Assembly (NCBI GenBank): GCA_905178155.1
Contig: CAJINV010000001.1
Coordinates: 7,137,794 to 7,201,793, forward strand
Direction of reading: 5' to 3'
DNA length: 64,000 nt
Source: Amoebophrya sp. A120
Taxonomy: Eukaryota; Protista; Dinoflagellata
The translations under genes were made by a program, and so were the position numbers. Shown here piece after piece: positions 14,201 through 26,035 of the stretch. Under the pieces are notes generated by a model. It did no database searches and was not told the DNA's origin. It saw only the letters and a program-made list of their open reading frames with translations. Within the stretch, counting starts at the first letter, position 1, and each line of letters starts with the position of its first letter.

Positions 14201-16598
14201 GTAGCGGATCTTTGCGCCGAACCTTTTCCGACACGACAGGCGGCGTGCGCCTCCAGGTCATCAGGAAAATCCCCTCGAGGAACGCCCTGCAGCAACAGCC
14301 GCAGCCCGCCGAGAATCCGCCGGCGCTTGCGCCGACGCTGCAACGAAAACAGAAAGCGAAGAGGAAAAAGCGGTCGGAGGGTGAAGCTAACGCGCCGGAA
14401 GACGAAAAGTTGTCTCCACACGCGACCGTGAGCGAGTCGGAGCACGGAGGATCCTCATCCAGGGACGGCGAAAACTTTACCACCAGCAATACCCCGCTCG
14501 CGCCCCAACCGGATGAATTTCGTCTGAAGTTGCGGGAGGCGAGTCTCGGTTTGAAGCGAAGTTTCCAGGAGATGGGCGTCGCCATGAGCTCCGAAGAGCC
14601 CACGCCGGAAGTGCACAGTTTGATCGGGCACGAGGGTGGTCACTACAACATTGTGCCATCCTCTAGCTCGTCCGCCGAGCCTGGGCCGACGAGGCTCGCA
14701 GGTAGAGTAGAACCTATCTTTGATCATGTGTCCCGAGGAGGTTGAGCGTTGGGCTCAGTAAGTAGAATCGTCAGTGCAGAATGCTTTTTCTTGATGTTGA
14801 AAACTGCGCTTTGCAGCAAACTGACTTTTTGCACAAAACAGGTGTTAGAGGGCGCGTCGATCCGCACATCGCCCCGCAAGTAGGCAACCAAGCGTTTATT
14901 AGCCGCGACAACAGTAAAACGTCTTCGCAGAATATGCGCGCCGAGGGGTCGTCCGCCTCCGCGTCTTCGTCTGCGCAGGAGACACATGACTTTCACTCCT
15001 TGTCAGAAGAAGAGCTGGAAATGGAGGAGGAGCCGTCGTTCCGCGCGGTGGTAATGGAAAGCCCGGACGTGGCCGCCGGGGTTCCCGCGTCCAACAGCCG
15101 GCACCCCGACTTCCAGCGCCGCTTGCAGTTCAACGCCGAAGGCGACCACCAGACGGAGTTCCCAGCCGCGACTGGCGGAGAAGAAGTTGCAGTTGAGGAG
15201 GGGCGGGACGACCAGCAGCTGCTCAGTCAGCAAAGCATGAGCGGGGTGCGATTGGACGAAAACCGCGGGCCGAGTCAGATACCGATACCACTAGGGGACG
15301 AGTTGGCGTTCGAAAACTGTGCAAGTTCGTCCGAAGCGGACCCTGGATCCGCGGGCAAGCGGCACGCGGAAGAAATGGGAGTGGACACGACGGGAACAAG
15401 GTTTGCTGGGGCCGAAAATCTCATGTTTGCGCACCATGATCACAGAGTGCCACAAGCAGAAGGGGAAAACATTCCGCCCTCCATTCCTGGGCACGACAGG
15501 TGGACGCGGACGACGACGATGACGCGGCCGCGCTCTATTGTGACCAACAATTATAATCGCGCCACCTACAGCGACCCCGCAGTGTGGCAATTCCAATTTC
15601 ACAACACCCGGAACGCCGGCGACTCGTCTTTGTCCAATAGCTCAAGAAGCGTCTACTCAACCTCGGAGCAGCCGTCCGCGATCCGGCACAACGACAATTC
15701 CCCATTGAGCATCAACATCGACGGCGCCAGTAGCATCTCACCGGCTGGCACTACAAACGCCGGCAGAGCGAATCCGGGGTTGACGATCTTGAGCGGTACG
15801 AGCGCGATCAGCGCCGTCCCGCCCGGCACAACAGCCGGTGCTGCAGCCCCGGGCAGCACGAGAAGCACGTCGATGCGGAATTCGCTTTTCGCCGCCGCGA
15901 AACCGCCCGGCGGCGCGAAGAAGAGCGTGCAGTTTCAGGAGCAGCCGCTGACCCCGCCGCCGCCGTCCGCCTTCCGCTACAGCGCCGACCGGTTTGTGCA
16001 GAAGCGGTCGCGGCAGTCCGTGGTGCCCCCCGCGCTGTTTGGCGGCTCGGAGTTGGCCGACCTGAAGCTCCGCGAGCAGGCGGGGAAGTGTGCGCCGCGG
16101 ATCAGCACGCGGTGCGGGTGGCTGCGCCGGTGCATCCGGTTCCGCTGGTACCACTGGTTTCTGATCCTACTCATCGTCATGGTTTTCACCCTGGCCATGA
16201 TTTACTCCTACCTCGGCAGCTACGAGCGGTTCGCGGACGAACTCGACAAGAACTGGGGCTTCCTGCTGCACAACGGCCGCGCGCCGGTGTGGCTCAACGA
16301 GTTTGGTACGGGGAACCCGGGCTCGTGGTGGCGGAACATGATGCGGTACATCAACGAGAACCGCGTGGACTTCGCCTACTGGAGCATCGACGGCCAGAAG
16401 GAGCCCGGCCGGGAGGAAACCTACGGACTCCTCGAGATGTGGTACGACGAATACAGGTATTTGTCAAAAATGCTGGACCTGAGCCCGCACTTCGACTACC
16501 AAACGCGGAACGGCAGGATTTTCCCCCTGGCCGTCGTGCAGTACAACGACAACCACGGAATTCTGCCCCCCTGGGACGGATTCTACGACGGGCAGTGA
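11218..16598 (+). CDS. Glycoside hydrolase family 5 (cellulase-like) with a large membrane-spanning insertion in the catalytic barrel
   Basis: Motifs VNWYG, FNCVRLTYS, LNNHIS..WCC, DIRNEIR (acid/base Glu), HAY, PVWLNEFG (nucleophile Glu), FAYWSIDG, ETYGLL. Exons ~11218-12026, 12155-13108, 13248-14701, 14842-16598, joined by GT-AG introns. N-terminal hydrophobic signal anchor. Confidence 0.85.
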
Positions 16599-17512
16599 AC
16601 TGGCTGCTGGTCAGGCCTGGTTGATGTGCTGGAAAGTTCTCTGAAATAGGCTATAGAAACCTATTAATGAATACCTACCCGCACTGATTTTTTTCCTCAA
16701 AAATCATTCGACCTGCACCTGGCTTTCCTGAATAACGGACCTACACTCGTTGTCGCAGCTCTCCCCAAAGAGCCCAGACCCACGCATTGATTTGCCGACT
16801 TGGCCCTTTTCGATGTTGTATCGGCGATGTTTTGTCCTCGACAAACGCATCAAAGGGAATAAAAAAGCTCTTTTTCTTGATGCATATGCCAAGGAATCGA
16901 TAGAAAATGCCGGACCATTTTAAAAGGTGTTCGTGATCTCTGTGATGCAGTGGGTCCAGCAAGTTCTTTCCTTTTCATTGCGAAAAGCGCGAAATTCAAA
17001 TTTTGGCGAACAAGCACGTCTTTTTTACGAGATCGATCAAACTGTGTGCTCAGCGAAGTGAAAATTTTACGAGATCATCTGACTTTGTGATGCAAATTTT
17101 TTTTTCACTCACAGGTGGAATGGTGGCTAGAAATTCTCTCGCTCCAGCAGTACGCACCCCAGCTGCATCGCCCTGCAAGGAAGTCTTCAAAAATGAAGCA
17201 CAGCGCAAAAGCTGTGAGTAAACCAAATGACCCAAATACTTCAGATCTTCATCTTCCTTCCCTGCAGCGACATTCCATCTATGGGGTTGTGCCTTGTCGC
17301 TAGAACGGTGGTATTGGCGACGTGCGCTAAGTTCTGTGATAAGTACTGATTACGTACAACAAGTCTCCAAATAAAATTAGGCAGGTCGCACTCGCAGATA
17401 GTTCCGTAGAAAAATGTTGTTGTCCTTGTCTTAGTGGAGAGGTGCTTGTTGTCAAGTGAGGTGTAGAGCTGAGTCAGTTTTGCAAAAAGCGACCGAAACT
17501 CGTGTATGAAAA

Positions 17513-20206
17513 ATGACAATCTCAGTTGCGCGACTCGAGTACAACGAGAAAGTTCTGGCCGATCCGCGCGCAGGATTGTGGGAGGAAGAAGAACCCAGCG
17601 ATGACGACATCACCGGACGCAATCGCCGCCGGCGGCGTAGCGAGCTCCGGGAGCGCCAGGAAAGGGACAAAAAAGCCCGCGAAGCGGCTGAGAGGCGCGA
17701 ACAAGCAAGAAAAGAGCGACGGCAAAAGGAAGAGGAGGAGGAGAAAAGTATTTCACTTTGATATAATTTTCTGTCATGTCGCGCATGTTGTAGACGTAAT
17801 AAGCCAAGAAACCACTTGAGCGTCTGAAGTTGAGGTTATTCCGCTTTCATTCAAGTATAGCAGTGCTGATGGTGCTTGACCTTTAATATTCGGAAAAAAA
17901 AATTACAGAGCGCCAACTCGAGGAGGCCACCCGGGGCGAGCGCACGGTGATGGTTACTAATGTAAACCTAAAAGCGACAGAGAAAGACGTCTACGGCTTT
18001 TTCAAGGCTGCGGGGAGCATACGCGACATCCAAGTCATCCGCGACGCGCGAAGCGGTCGGTCCAAGGGCGTAGCCTATGTCGAGTTTTACCAGCAGGAAA
18101 CCGTGTCCGCCGCCTGCCAAATGACCGGCCAAGTGCTCATGCTCCAGCCTGTTAGGGTAAGTACAAGTAGTTTTTTCTTCAAATAGAGATGATGTTAGTA
18201 GCAATCTGGATGTACAACCACAAGCGTACTCAGTTTCATCACATCCAAAATCAAAGGGAGTTTCAGTTTTCATGTCAAAGTCTTTAGCGTGCATTAGCAT
18301 TCCCCACTCTTTACAGGTCCAGCCAAGTCAGGCGGAGAAAAACCGCGCGAGCATCGTCGCCCGGGCTGCTCTGATGAACCAGGCGAAGGACCCGGGGCTG
18401 AAGCTGTACGTTTCCGGTCTCGACGGCGCGCTGGCCGCGATCACCGAGGACGACTTGAAGAAGTTGTTTGCCCCGTTTGCCGTGTCCGGAAACATTGAGT
18501 TCATCGATTTGCACCGCGACCCCTACACGAACAAAAGCAAAGGCTACGCCTACATAAAGTTCGAAAAGGCGACGGAAGGGCGGGAGGCCATCGCGGTCAT
18601 GAACGGCTTCAAGCATTCCATGATGGGCGACCAAGAAATTTCCGTCGGTGTGGCTCAAGATCAGGGAGGGCCCCTCATGCTCACGGCGGGGGCCGCAGGC
18701 ACGGCGCAGCAGCAGGTTAGTGTGACTAGAGTTGTTTTTTTTGTGCAGTATGTAGTATGACACGGTCCTTAGTCCTGACGGGTTCATCGCTTTGTATCTA
18801 TCGTCGCGGAAATGCAGAAGACAACGAATTTCAAATGAATTCTGGTTCGAAATAATATAGCCAAAACCAATGCACAGGCTGCTGACAATCCTGACTCCGC
18901 CACGAAAGCCGAACCCGAGCCAGAGCGAAGACCCGTACCCGAGGAAGTCCCGGGCCTCATAACAGACGCCAGCGAGAAACTCCGGCTGTTGATACAAAAC
19001 GACAACCCGCTGCCGCCCGCGGGTGCCAGTATTTTTGGCACGAGGGATATCATGCGCGACCACGCGATGAACACAGTCACCGATGACCCGGATGAGACCA
19101 TGGAAACAGGTATTTTTCCTGCGCGCGTTTAAACTGCTCTCTTTTTTTGCTGATTGGCCAACATGATCTCTTTTTTTCGTTGATGTCAAAAACGTCGAAT
19201 TCCAGCCGAAAGAGTGGACAACCACCACGATTCGCATCCTTGCAAAAAAATCTATCGTCACTCTTCAGGTCTCCCGGGCGAAGTGAGCATGAGCAAGTCC
19301 AGCTCCACCGCGGCGGTCCTGTTTGCCGCCGGGCAAGTCGGCGGCCAGCCGGCTAAAGCCTTCGACCCCTCCGCCCCACCCAGCGACGAACCACCACCGC
19401 CGCCGCCCCCGGCGGCGCCCCCCGCACAACTCTCCGCTATTCACTCGAAGCCCCACCCCAGCACGTTGAACAACAAAGCCAACAATGCCGCAAGCGTAGC
19501 CACCAACCCCGGGCTTCTCGGCGTTCCCCCACCCGCCGCGCTGGTGCCGCCGCCCGGGACCCTGGTGAACCCGCTGATGCCCAACATGCCCATGGTGCCC
19601 CCGCCCGGCATGATGGTTCCACCACCCGGGATGCTTCCCGGCATGATGAGCAACCCCATGATGAACAACCCGATGATGGGTCCGCCGGGTAAGGGGGGCC
19701 CCTTTCCGGGCATGAACCCGATGATGCCGCACCCGGGCATGATGATGCCGCCCGGCGGGAAGATGGGCGGCGGTCCGATGCCGGGGATGATGATGCCGCA
19801 AATGCCCGGGATGATGATGCCGGGGAAAGGCATGCCCGGCATGATGCCGAACGGGATGCAGAACAACCCGATGGCCAACATGGCGATGGCCGCACAAAAC
19901 AAGGGAGGAATGGGCGGACCGGGTTCCTCGATGAACGCCTCGGCGGGAGCAAGCGCGCCGCCAGCGAGAAAACTGGTCCTGCACAATCTGGTAGTGGCGG
20001 AAGACGACAAGGAAACGCGGGAGGACGTCGAGGAAGACGTGCACGAGGAAGCGGAAAAGTCGGGACCAATCGACTCCCTGAAGTTGCAGGGCGACGTGCT
20101 GCACATCCTCTTCAAGGAGGCGCACGCAGCCAGCGACTGCTACCGCGTCATGAACGGCCGCCTCTTTGCGGGCAGAACCATTAAAGCGGAGCTGCTGTCG
20201 TCATAA
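17513..20206 (+). CDS. RBM39: RBM39/RBM23 (CAPER)-like splicing factor: RRM-RRM, Pro/Met/Gly-rich linker, UHM
   Basis: RRM1 DARSGRSKGVAYVEFY, family linker VQPSQAEKNRA, RRM2 KLYVSGL...SKGYAYIKF, C-terminal UHM (EDVHEEAEKSG...MNGRLFAGRTI). Exons ~17513-17747, 17909-18156, 18317-18715, 18878-19109, 19269-20206. Confidence 0.8.
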
Positions 20207-20726
20207 AAGGCACGCGCGACATGGCTGCTTAGAGCTGCTGGAAATATGATTACACGATTTTCTTGCCATTTTCTGGGATGTGGCGTCATCATTCATGAGC
20301 AAAACAAACAAGAAGAAAAGCAAAGAAGCGAATGAAAACTTGTCGTGCGCAAAGCATGGACGTTGTAGCATCAGACACCGGATATGTGGATTTGGTTGTT
20401 TTGTTCACTTTGCACCTGAGGAGCTGAAACCGAGTGATACCCTTGTTAGAATGAGCGTCGATGCGTCATCAATCGAAGTAGAGAACGAAGTTTATTGGTT
20501 CGAAAATCGTTTTTAGTGCCAGGAGGCACTATCTTGCTCCGTAGTCTCACCCCTCGTTTGACTCATCGAGAACTGGAGTTTGGAAAGTGCCACGTGAACA
20601 GCGATTGTTTTGACGGCATTCCAAGGATGAGCAAGCGATAGCAGGATTGAGAGATTTTTTCACAACCACAAGTCTTTTGTGTCAACTACTCATCCGCCAT
20701 AATTTCTCTTTCAGCACCACGACAAA

Positions 20727-21828
20727 ATGCCGGCATCTTCAGGTCTTTTTGCCGCGACGTTCGATGCTGCGGACGGAACCTCGTCTTCAGCGGGACCGAT
20801 TACCGGTTCTACAGCAAGTTCTTCTTCCTCAGCCAGGAGTTCTGTCTCTGATGCAGGCTATTTTCAGAGCCGTTCCAGAAACCCACCGATCGACTCCACA
20901 CGACAGTACCTGCCCAAAAATCTTCTTACCCATTCCCATCGAGGTAGAAGAAGTGCTCACGCAACGAATTTCGCCGGCGACTCTCCCTCGCCGGACGTGG
21001 AAAAAAAGATTCGCAACCCGACGCCACTAGGTCTCATCGCGGACGAGCGGGAGATTGAGCAACTGGTGAGCAAAACGAATTACCAGCTGCAGAACCTGGG
21101 GGCGTTGGTCACCAAGTACTTCAATAATCCAGACGTGGAGTACGGGCCGGAAGACGTGCCGGAAATCATTACCGGCATCCAGGATATGCTGGACCAGTCG
21201 GAGGCGGGACTGTTGGAACTGAAACAAAGGATCGGAATTCTCGGCGACGACGCGAACACCATGCTCCAGCAGGGGAATCAGGCCGTGGCGCAAAGTGCGA
21301 TGCCGGTCTTTGGGGCGGTGGTTGCAGGGCTCGTCAGCGGGTGTGTCGGGACGAGTTTGGCGGAGGTCGCTGATCATGTGACAAGCGAAGAAAGAAGACC
21401 AAATGTAAAGCTTTCGAGGACCAAATCGCTGAACTTTTTGTAAGTAAATGCGAATAGAGCAGAAATCGAACTGAGTAAATGCTCAACCCGCAGAGGTGTA
21501 AAGTAAGTAGGTGCGAACATCAAAATGTATCTGTTTCGGACGCGGGATCTAGTAGAGTCGTCGAAGTCGAAGCGCTCACTTTATTCTCCTTGGCGTGCAG
21601 GAGGGACATCATCATACGCAGAAATACATAGTCAGTACGAGACGATCTGGATCTGCTATGCTGCGGGAGGTCGCGCTTGGTGTTTTCTGTGTATTGGATT
21701 TGACGATGCACTTCGAAAAAAGAAGAAAGAGATTGATAGAGCAAATACGAGTTGAAGGGAGCGGAATACGAGAAAAAACTCTTGGTATTGAATCGTGCAT
21801 CGTCAAATTTGCTCGGGGTTTTTTCTAA
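20727..21828 (+). CDS. Hypothetical protein (probably two exons)
   Basis: ORF 20727-21443 can join ORF 21595-21828 through a phase-0 GT-AG intron 21405-21600. No recognised domain. Confidence 0.5.
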
Positions 21829-22212
21829 GTTGTAAACTGTACTTGATGCGCTGTTTTTCTTTCAGCTGTACAGTTTTAGTGCAGTCTTAATCTTTTGGTT
21901 TTGCTCTCCCACTGCATTTAGTTAGTTTTAGAGAGCTAAGAAAAATGTAAAAATGCCCTTGCAAAAGCTCGAATAGTAGTTTTCTTATCCTTTTTCTCAT
22001 CTTCGTCGTCATCGTATGTCACATCTGCAGCACTTCTATCCTCTTCATCATCAGCCGCAATTTCAGCAAAATCAAGCGCAGCAGTAGATACGTCGGTAAG
22101 TTTACATTGCTTAAGGAATAAACTTTAGCGCGACCTCGTCGAAGAGAATAGATACATTCATCATTGTACGGACCACCGGAAAACATAAGCAAAACGAAAA
22201 ACAGCCGCGAAG

Positions 22213-24015
22213 ATGTCGAACTTCAGACCGACAGATGCGACCCCGCATGCTCCTTCTGTCGTAAATGCCGCGGCGGCGCCAGCCACCTTCGCACTGACGG
22301 AGGTCCTGAGCGTAGTGACAGGTGATGATGCTCTACCTCTTGAACAGCGCAGATGGGACGCTGCAACAACCACGAAGAAGCAAGTAAAGCAGGCCGCTGC
22401 AAAGGCTTGGCTGTCCTCCGAACGCAATACGGAAAAGAAGCGCAGTTGTTTTTGGGGACGCGTTTCGCTGTTTCCTGAAGGGGCGGACATGAGTGAACAG
22501 TGCGTCATCAACGTAGTGCACGACGAGGAGACAAACTTCGCTGAGTGGTTGCAGGGCTTGCAGGGGACAGGGAGAGGCGACTCCGCCGACGAAGAAGAAG
22601 ATCAAGAAGCCGCATCGCAATGCGGCGGAGAAGTGAAAGTAAAGAACCTCCGCTATTACGTCCGCTACAACAAGACGTTCGAGAGCCGCGAAGAACTCGA
22701 TGCGGCGCTGCTTCCCTATTTGGACCCGGCAGGAACCGCTGCGGAGCAAGATGCGAAAATCGAGGCGGTCGAAAATGTCTACGGACCCCTAATTGTGTGG
22801 GACGTAAGCGGTGTGGATGATTTGTCCGGCGTGTTTTATCGGCAACGTGAGTTCAACCGTGACATCCGCGGCTGGGACGTTTCTGGCGCCGAGGACATGG
22901 AGGGAATGTTCGACGGTGCGGCGCAGTTCAATCTATCCAGTGCAAATATATCCGGGTTTGGAAGGATGCAGCTTGTCATGCGAAATCTAGATCATGCAAA
23001 AATCTGTGTTGTGTGATTTCCAAAAGCTGTCCACTTTTGACCAAGTTGAGGGGGAGTTTCTCATGCAGGATAGGCATGATACAGGTCTCGCAGAACCTGT
23101 CATGCTAGCTCCTGCCATCCAGACGTCACGGATCATGTTAAACCGGCATGACAAGTCTCGTAATCTTCCAGACCCAGACATATTTGCAGGGCATACAATC
23201 AGCCGCTAGACGACTGGGATACTAGCAGTGTGCGCCGCATGACTCAGATGTTTAACGGTGCGGCCCAGTTCAACGGGACACTGGAAAAGTGGGACGTTAG
23301 CAAAGTGGACATCATGAACAGCATGTTTTACGGCGCAACTAGTTTCAACCAGCCCTTGGCGGGCTGGGACGTTAGTAACGTGCGTGATATGATTCACATG
23401 TTCTGCGATGCGACATCCTTTAACCAGCCGCTTGCGGGTTGGAACGTCAGCCGTGTCCGCGAAATGAACTGCATGTTCTTGAACGCGAGTAGCTTCAACC
23501 AATCCCTGGCGAGCTGGGACGTTGGTAATGTGTCCAGTATGCGAGCAATGTTCGAAAACGCGGCAACGTTCGACCAGCCACTGGCGGATTGGAACATTAG
23601 TAACGTCGTCGACATGGGTTTCATGTTCAAGAAAGCAGTCGCGTTCAACCAGCCCCTGGGGCGTTGGGACGTTCGGAAGGTAATGAACATGTGCAGGATG
23701 TTCATGGACGCGAAAAGCTTCAGTCACTCCTTGGGCAACTGGCGAGTCAATGCGAGGACGTTCCGGAGAAGAATGTTCCTCCGAGCCGAGTCCTACAAAT
23801 ACGGACTGCCGCAGAGGGATAGGAGTATCCCCGGGGATCCAACGTTCAAGTTTTTTTTCCCATGTGACTTCGAGACATTCACAGACGAAGTCGATGACGA
23901 GGACAGCGGCGAGGACAGCAACGAGGACAGCGACGAGGACAGCGACGAGAACAGCGACGAGGACAGCAACGAGGACAGCGACGAGGACAGCGACGAGGAC
24001 AGCGACGCGGAATAG
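22213..24015 (+). CDS. BspA-like / DUF285 bacterial-type surface-repeat protein with acidic tail
   Basis: About 8-9 repeats of WDVSNVxxMxxMFxxAxSFNQPL. Interrupted by introner 22934-23195, whose removal restores AQFN|QPLDDWDTSSVRRM. Confidence 0.88.
22934..23195. mobile_element. Introner family B copy 2 (262 bp, TSD CAATC)
   Basis: TATCCAGTGCAAATATATCCGGGTTTGGAAG ... CTTCCAGACCCAGACATATTTGCAGGGCATA. CAATC flanks. Interior closely similar to 55899-56160. Confidence 0.93.
23899..24006 (+). repeat. Coding minisatellite, 9 x 12 bp (GAGGACAGCGAC; EDSD)
   Basis: Direct tandem repeats visible at the 3' end of the DUF285 gene. Confidence 0.9.
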
Positions 24016-25102
24016 GAGGAAAGCCGATGCTAGTCCTCAGGTATCTATGTTAGTGCTTGATTAAACTACTCGGCCATGGAGGCAGCTGTGCTTCCTGGGT
24101 CGAAGCCATAAACGACCAAGGAATGGAGTCGCTAGTTTCCCACTTCAAATTTTCAGTTGATACTGTGACCGTACTAGTCTAGCAGCATGGTCATGGTCGC
24201 AGCTCTTGCTCTTTTTTGCTAGTATTCAAATTCAATGTAGTAAAACAGGTGTGGGCCGCCCGCCACCTTTATCCTTGTGCCTGTGAGAACACTGTTTGAG
24301 ACGGTTCGTGGGAATTCAAACACCTCAGTGTCTATGCACACCGACACCGAGTCAGGAGCCGGCAATTTCTCTTACGGGAACACTATCGAGCAGAACGGTG
24401 TCGCTGCCTGATTCCAGGTTCTTTATTTCGGTATCCGAACGCGGGACATACGACGTGAGCTCCGCACGAAGTAACGAATACGAAAGCAATGCCACTGCAG
24501 ATTGTTTTAGGGACTGCAGGAGCGACTTAAGGTTTGTGCAACTCGCTAGCGAGCTTGAATTTGAAAACGCATCGAGGAGATGAAGAGTACATGCGCAAAC
24601 AACACGCATTCCGTCATCGTTTCCATTCCTGATCGTTCCCAAATGCTCATCCGCCTCTGGATTTGATTCGAAGCCTACAGATTCAGATCGGTGGTCGAAC
24701 GCGCTGCCATGAGTTGACAGACATTTTGGCTGATCAGACTCTTTTCGTCCAGGTGTTCTCTGTTGATTGTCGGTGCAGAAGATTTGTTTGTTAGGGTTGT
24801 ATATTCAGTTGTCATAAGCTTCAGGTCGCGGTGATTCATATCAATGAGACTAAACAGCATGAGTACATCTAGGCGATGCAGCTGAAACGCACCCTCAGTC
24901 ATTGCAGCCTTTCTGGTGGACCTTTCTGGTAGTCCTAGTGCCGTAAATACTTTTATCACGTGATCGAGGATGTCATTTCAATGATAGAGTAGCTCTAGCT
25001 TTGAATATAGTATGCTGGTTTCACCTGGGGATTCTGCGTTGTTTGTTCCGCATAAAGACTATCTGTTGTAGGCGCGCGTGTCAACGTTCTAAACTTGCGC
25101 AG

Positions 25103-25711
25103 ATGGGCCAACAGCCAGTTTTGCACGCAGGGACTCCGTCTAGTACGTGCGAGAAAAGGACGGAAAACGCAGGTCCATTGCCTTCGCCAGATGTGAGGCC
25201 AACAGACGACCCTCGTCTTCTCGTTGCCCCCTCACGCATAACCGCAGCGGGAAATGGGTTGTTTGCCGTGGAAAAAATACCACGAGACACAGCGATCGTC
25301 AAATACACCGGGACACTGCTTTCCACCGCGGAGGCATTTCGGTTGGACGACAAAACATACCTGATGCGGCTCGGACTGGGAAAGTACGTGGACGGCAATC
25401 CGGCCCGGAGCACCGACACGAACCCGGACAAACGAGAACACGTGCAGTCGCTCGCTTGCTATCTAAACGACGCCAGGCCCTACAACTGTTACTTCGTGAA
25501 GCGCCCGGAGGATGGGTGGGCGGACGTGGTCACTCTTAGAGACGTAGAGGCAGGAGAAGAGCTGTATGTGAGCTACGGAAAACTGTATTGGACTGGGCAC
25601 AAACTCGCAAATCTTGGCAGTCCGCAGAAAAAGGCAGTTGTTACGCCAGCAACGGAATTTGTTTGTCAGAAGGCGGACGCGCGGACTGAGACACTCTGGG
25701 ACATCACCTAG
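25103..25711 (+). CDS. Small single-domain SET lysine methyltransferase
   Basis: SRITAAGNGLFAVEKIPRDTAIVKYTG, CYLND, TLRDVEAGEELYVSYG..YW. Start codon uncertain. Confidence 0.85.
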   Translation: MGQQPVLHAGTPSSTCEKRTENAGPLPSPDVRPTDDPRLLVAPSRITAAGNGLFAVEKIPRDTAIVKYTGTLLSTAEAFRLDDKTYLMRLGLGKYVDGNPARSTDTNPDKREHVQSLACYLNDARPYNCYFVKRPEDGWADVVTLRDVEAGEELYVSYGKLYWTGHKLANLGSPQKKAVVTPATEFVCQKADARTETLWDIT

Positions 25712-26035
25712 TGCACCTGTTCTCCCAGTCACCGCAATTTGCTCACGGCCGAAGATCCTGAAAGTACTCGCTGTCGCAAGATCGTGCAAGAAAAGGAAAG
25801 CATTTTCATACAGACATCTGCGATCTTTCATTCCGAACCAACAACTTTTGAATCCGAAACGGAATCGCATAACCCGGACAGGCTACGGCTGCTTTTCTCA
25901 CTTCCTTTTCTCTTTCTAGGAGCGATGTTTGATCATGATACTACTAGATAGATTTTTCTGAACATGGCACCCCTTCAACTTCTTGTGACCTACACTCACT
26001 CACTCTCTTCCTAGAAGAAACTTTCTTTCTCAAAA

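Noticed and set aside
24296-24959. Short minus-strand ORFs between the DUF285 and SET genes
   Set aside because: No recognisable homology or coherent exon structure.
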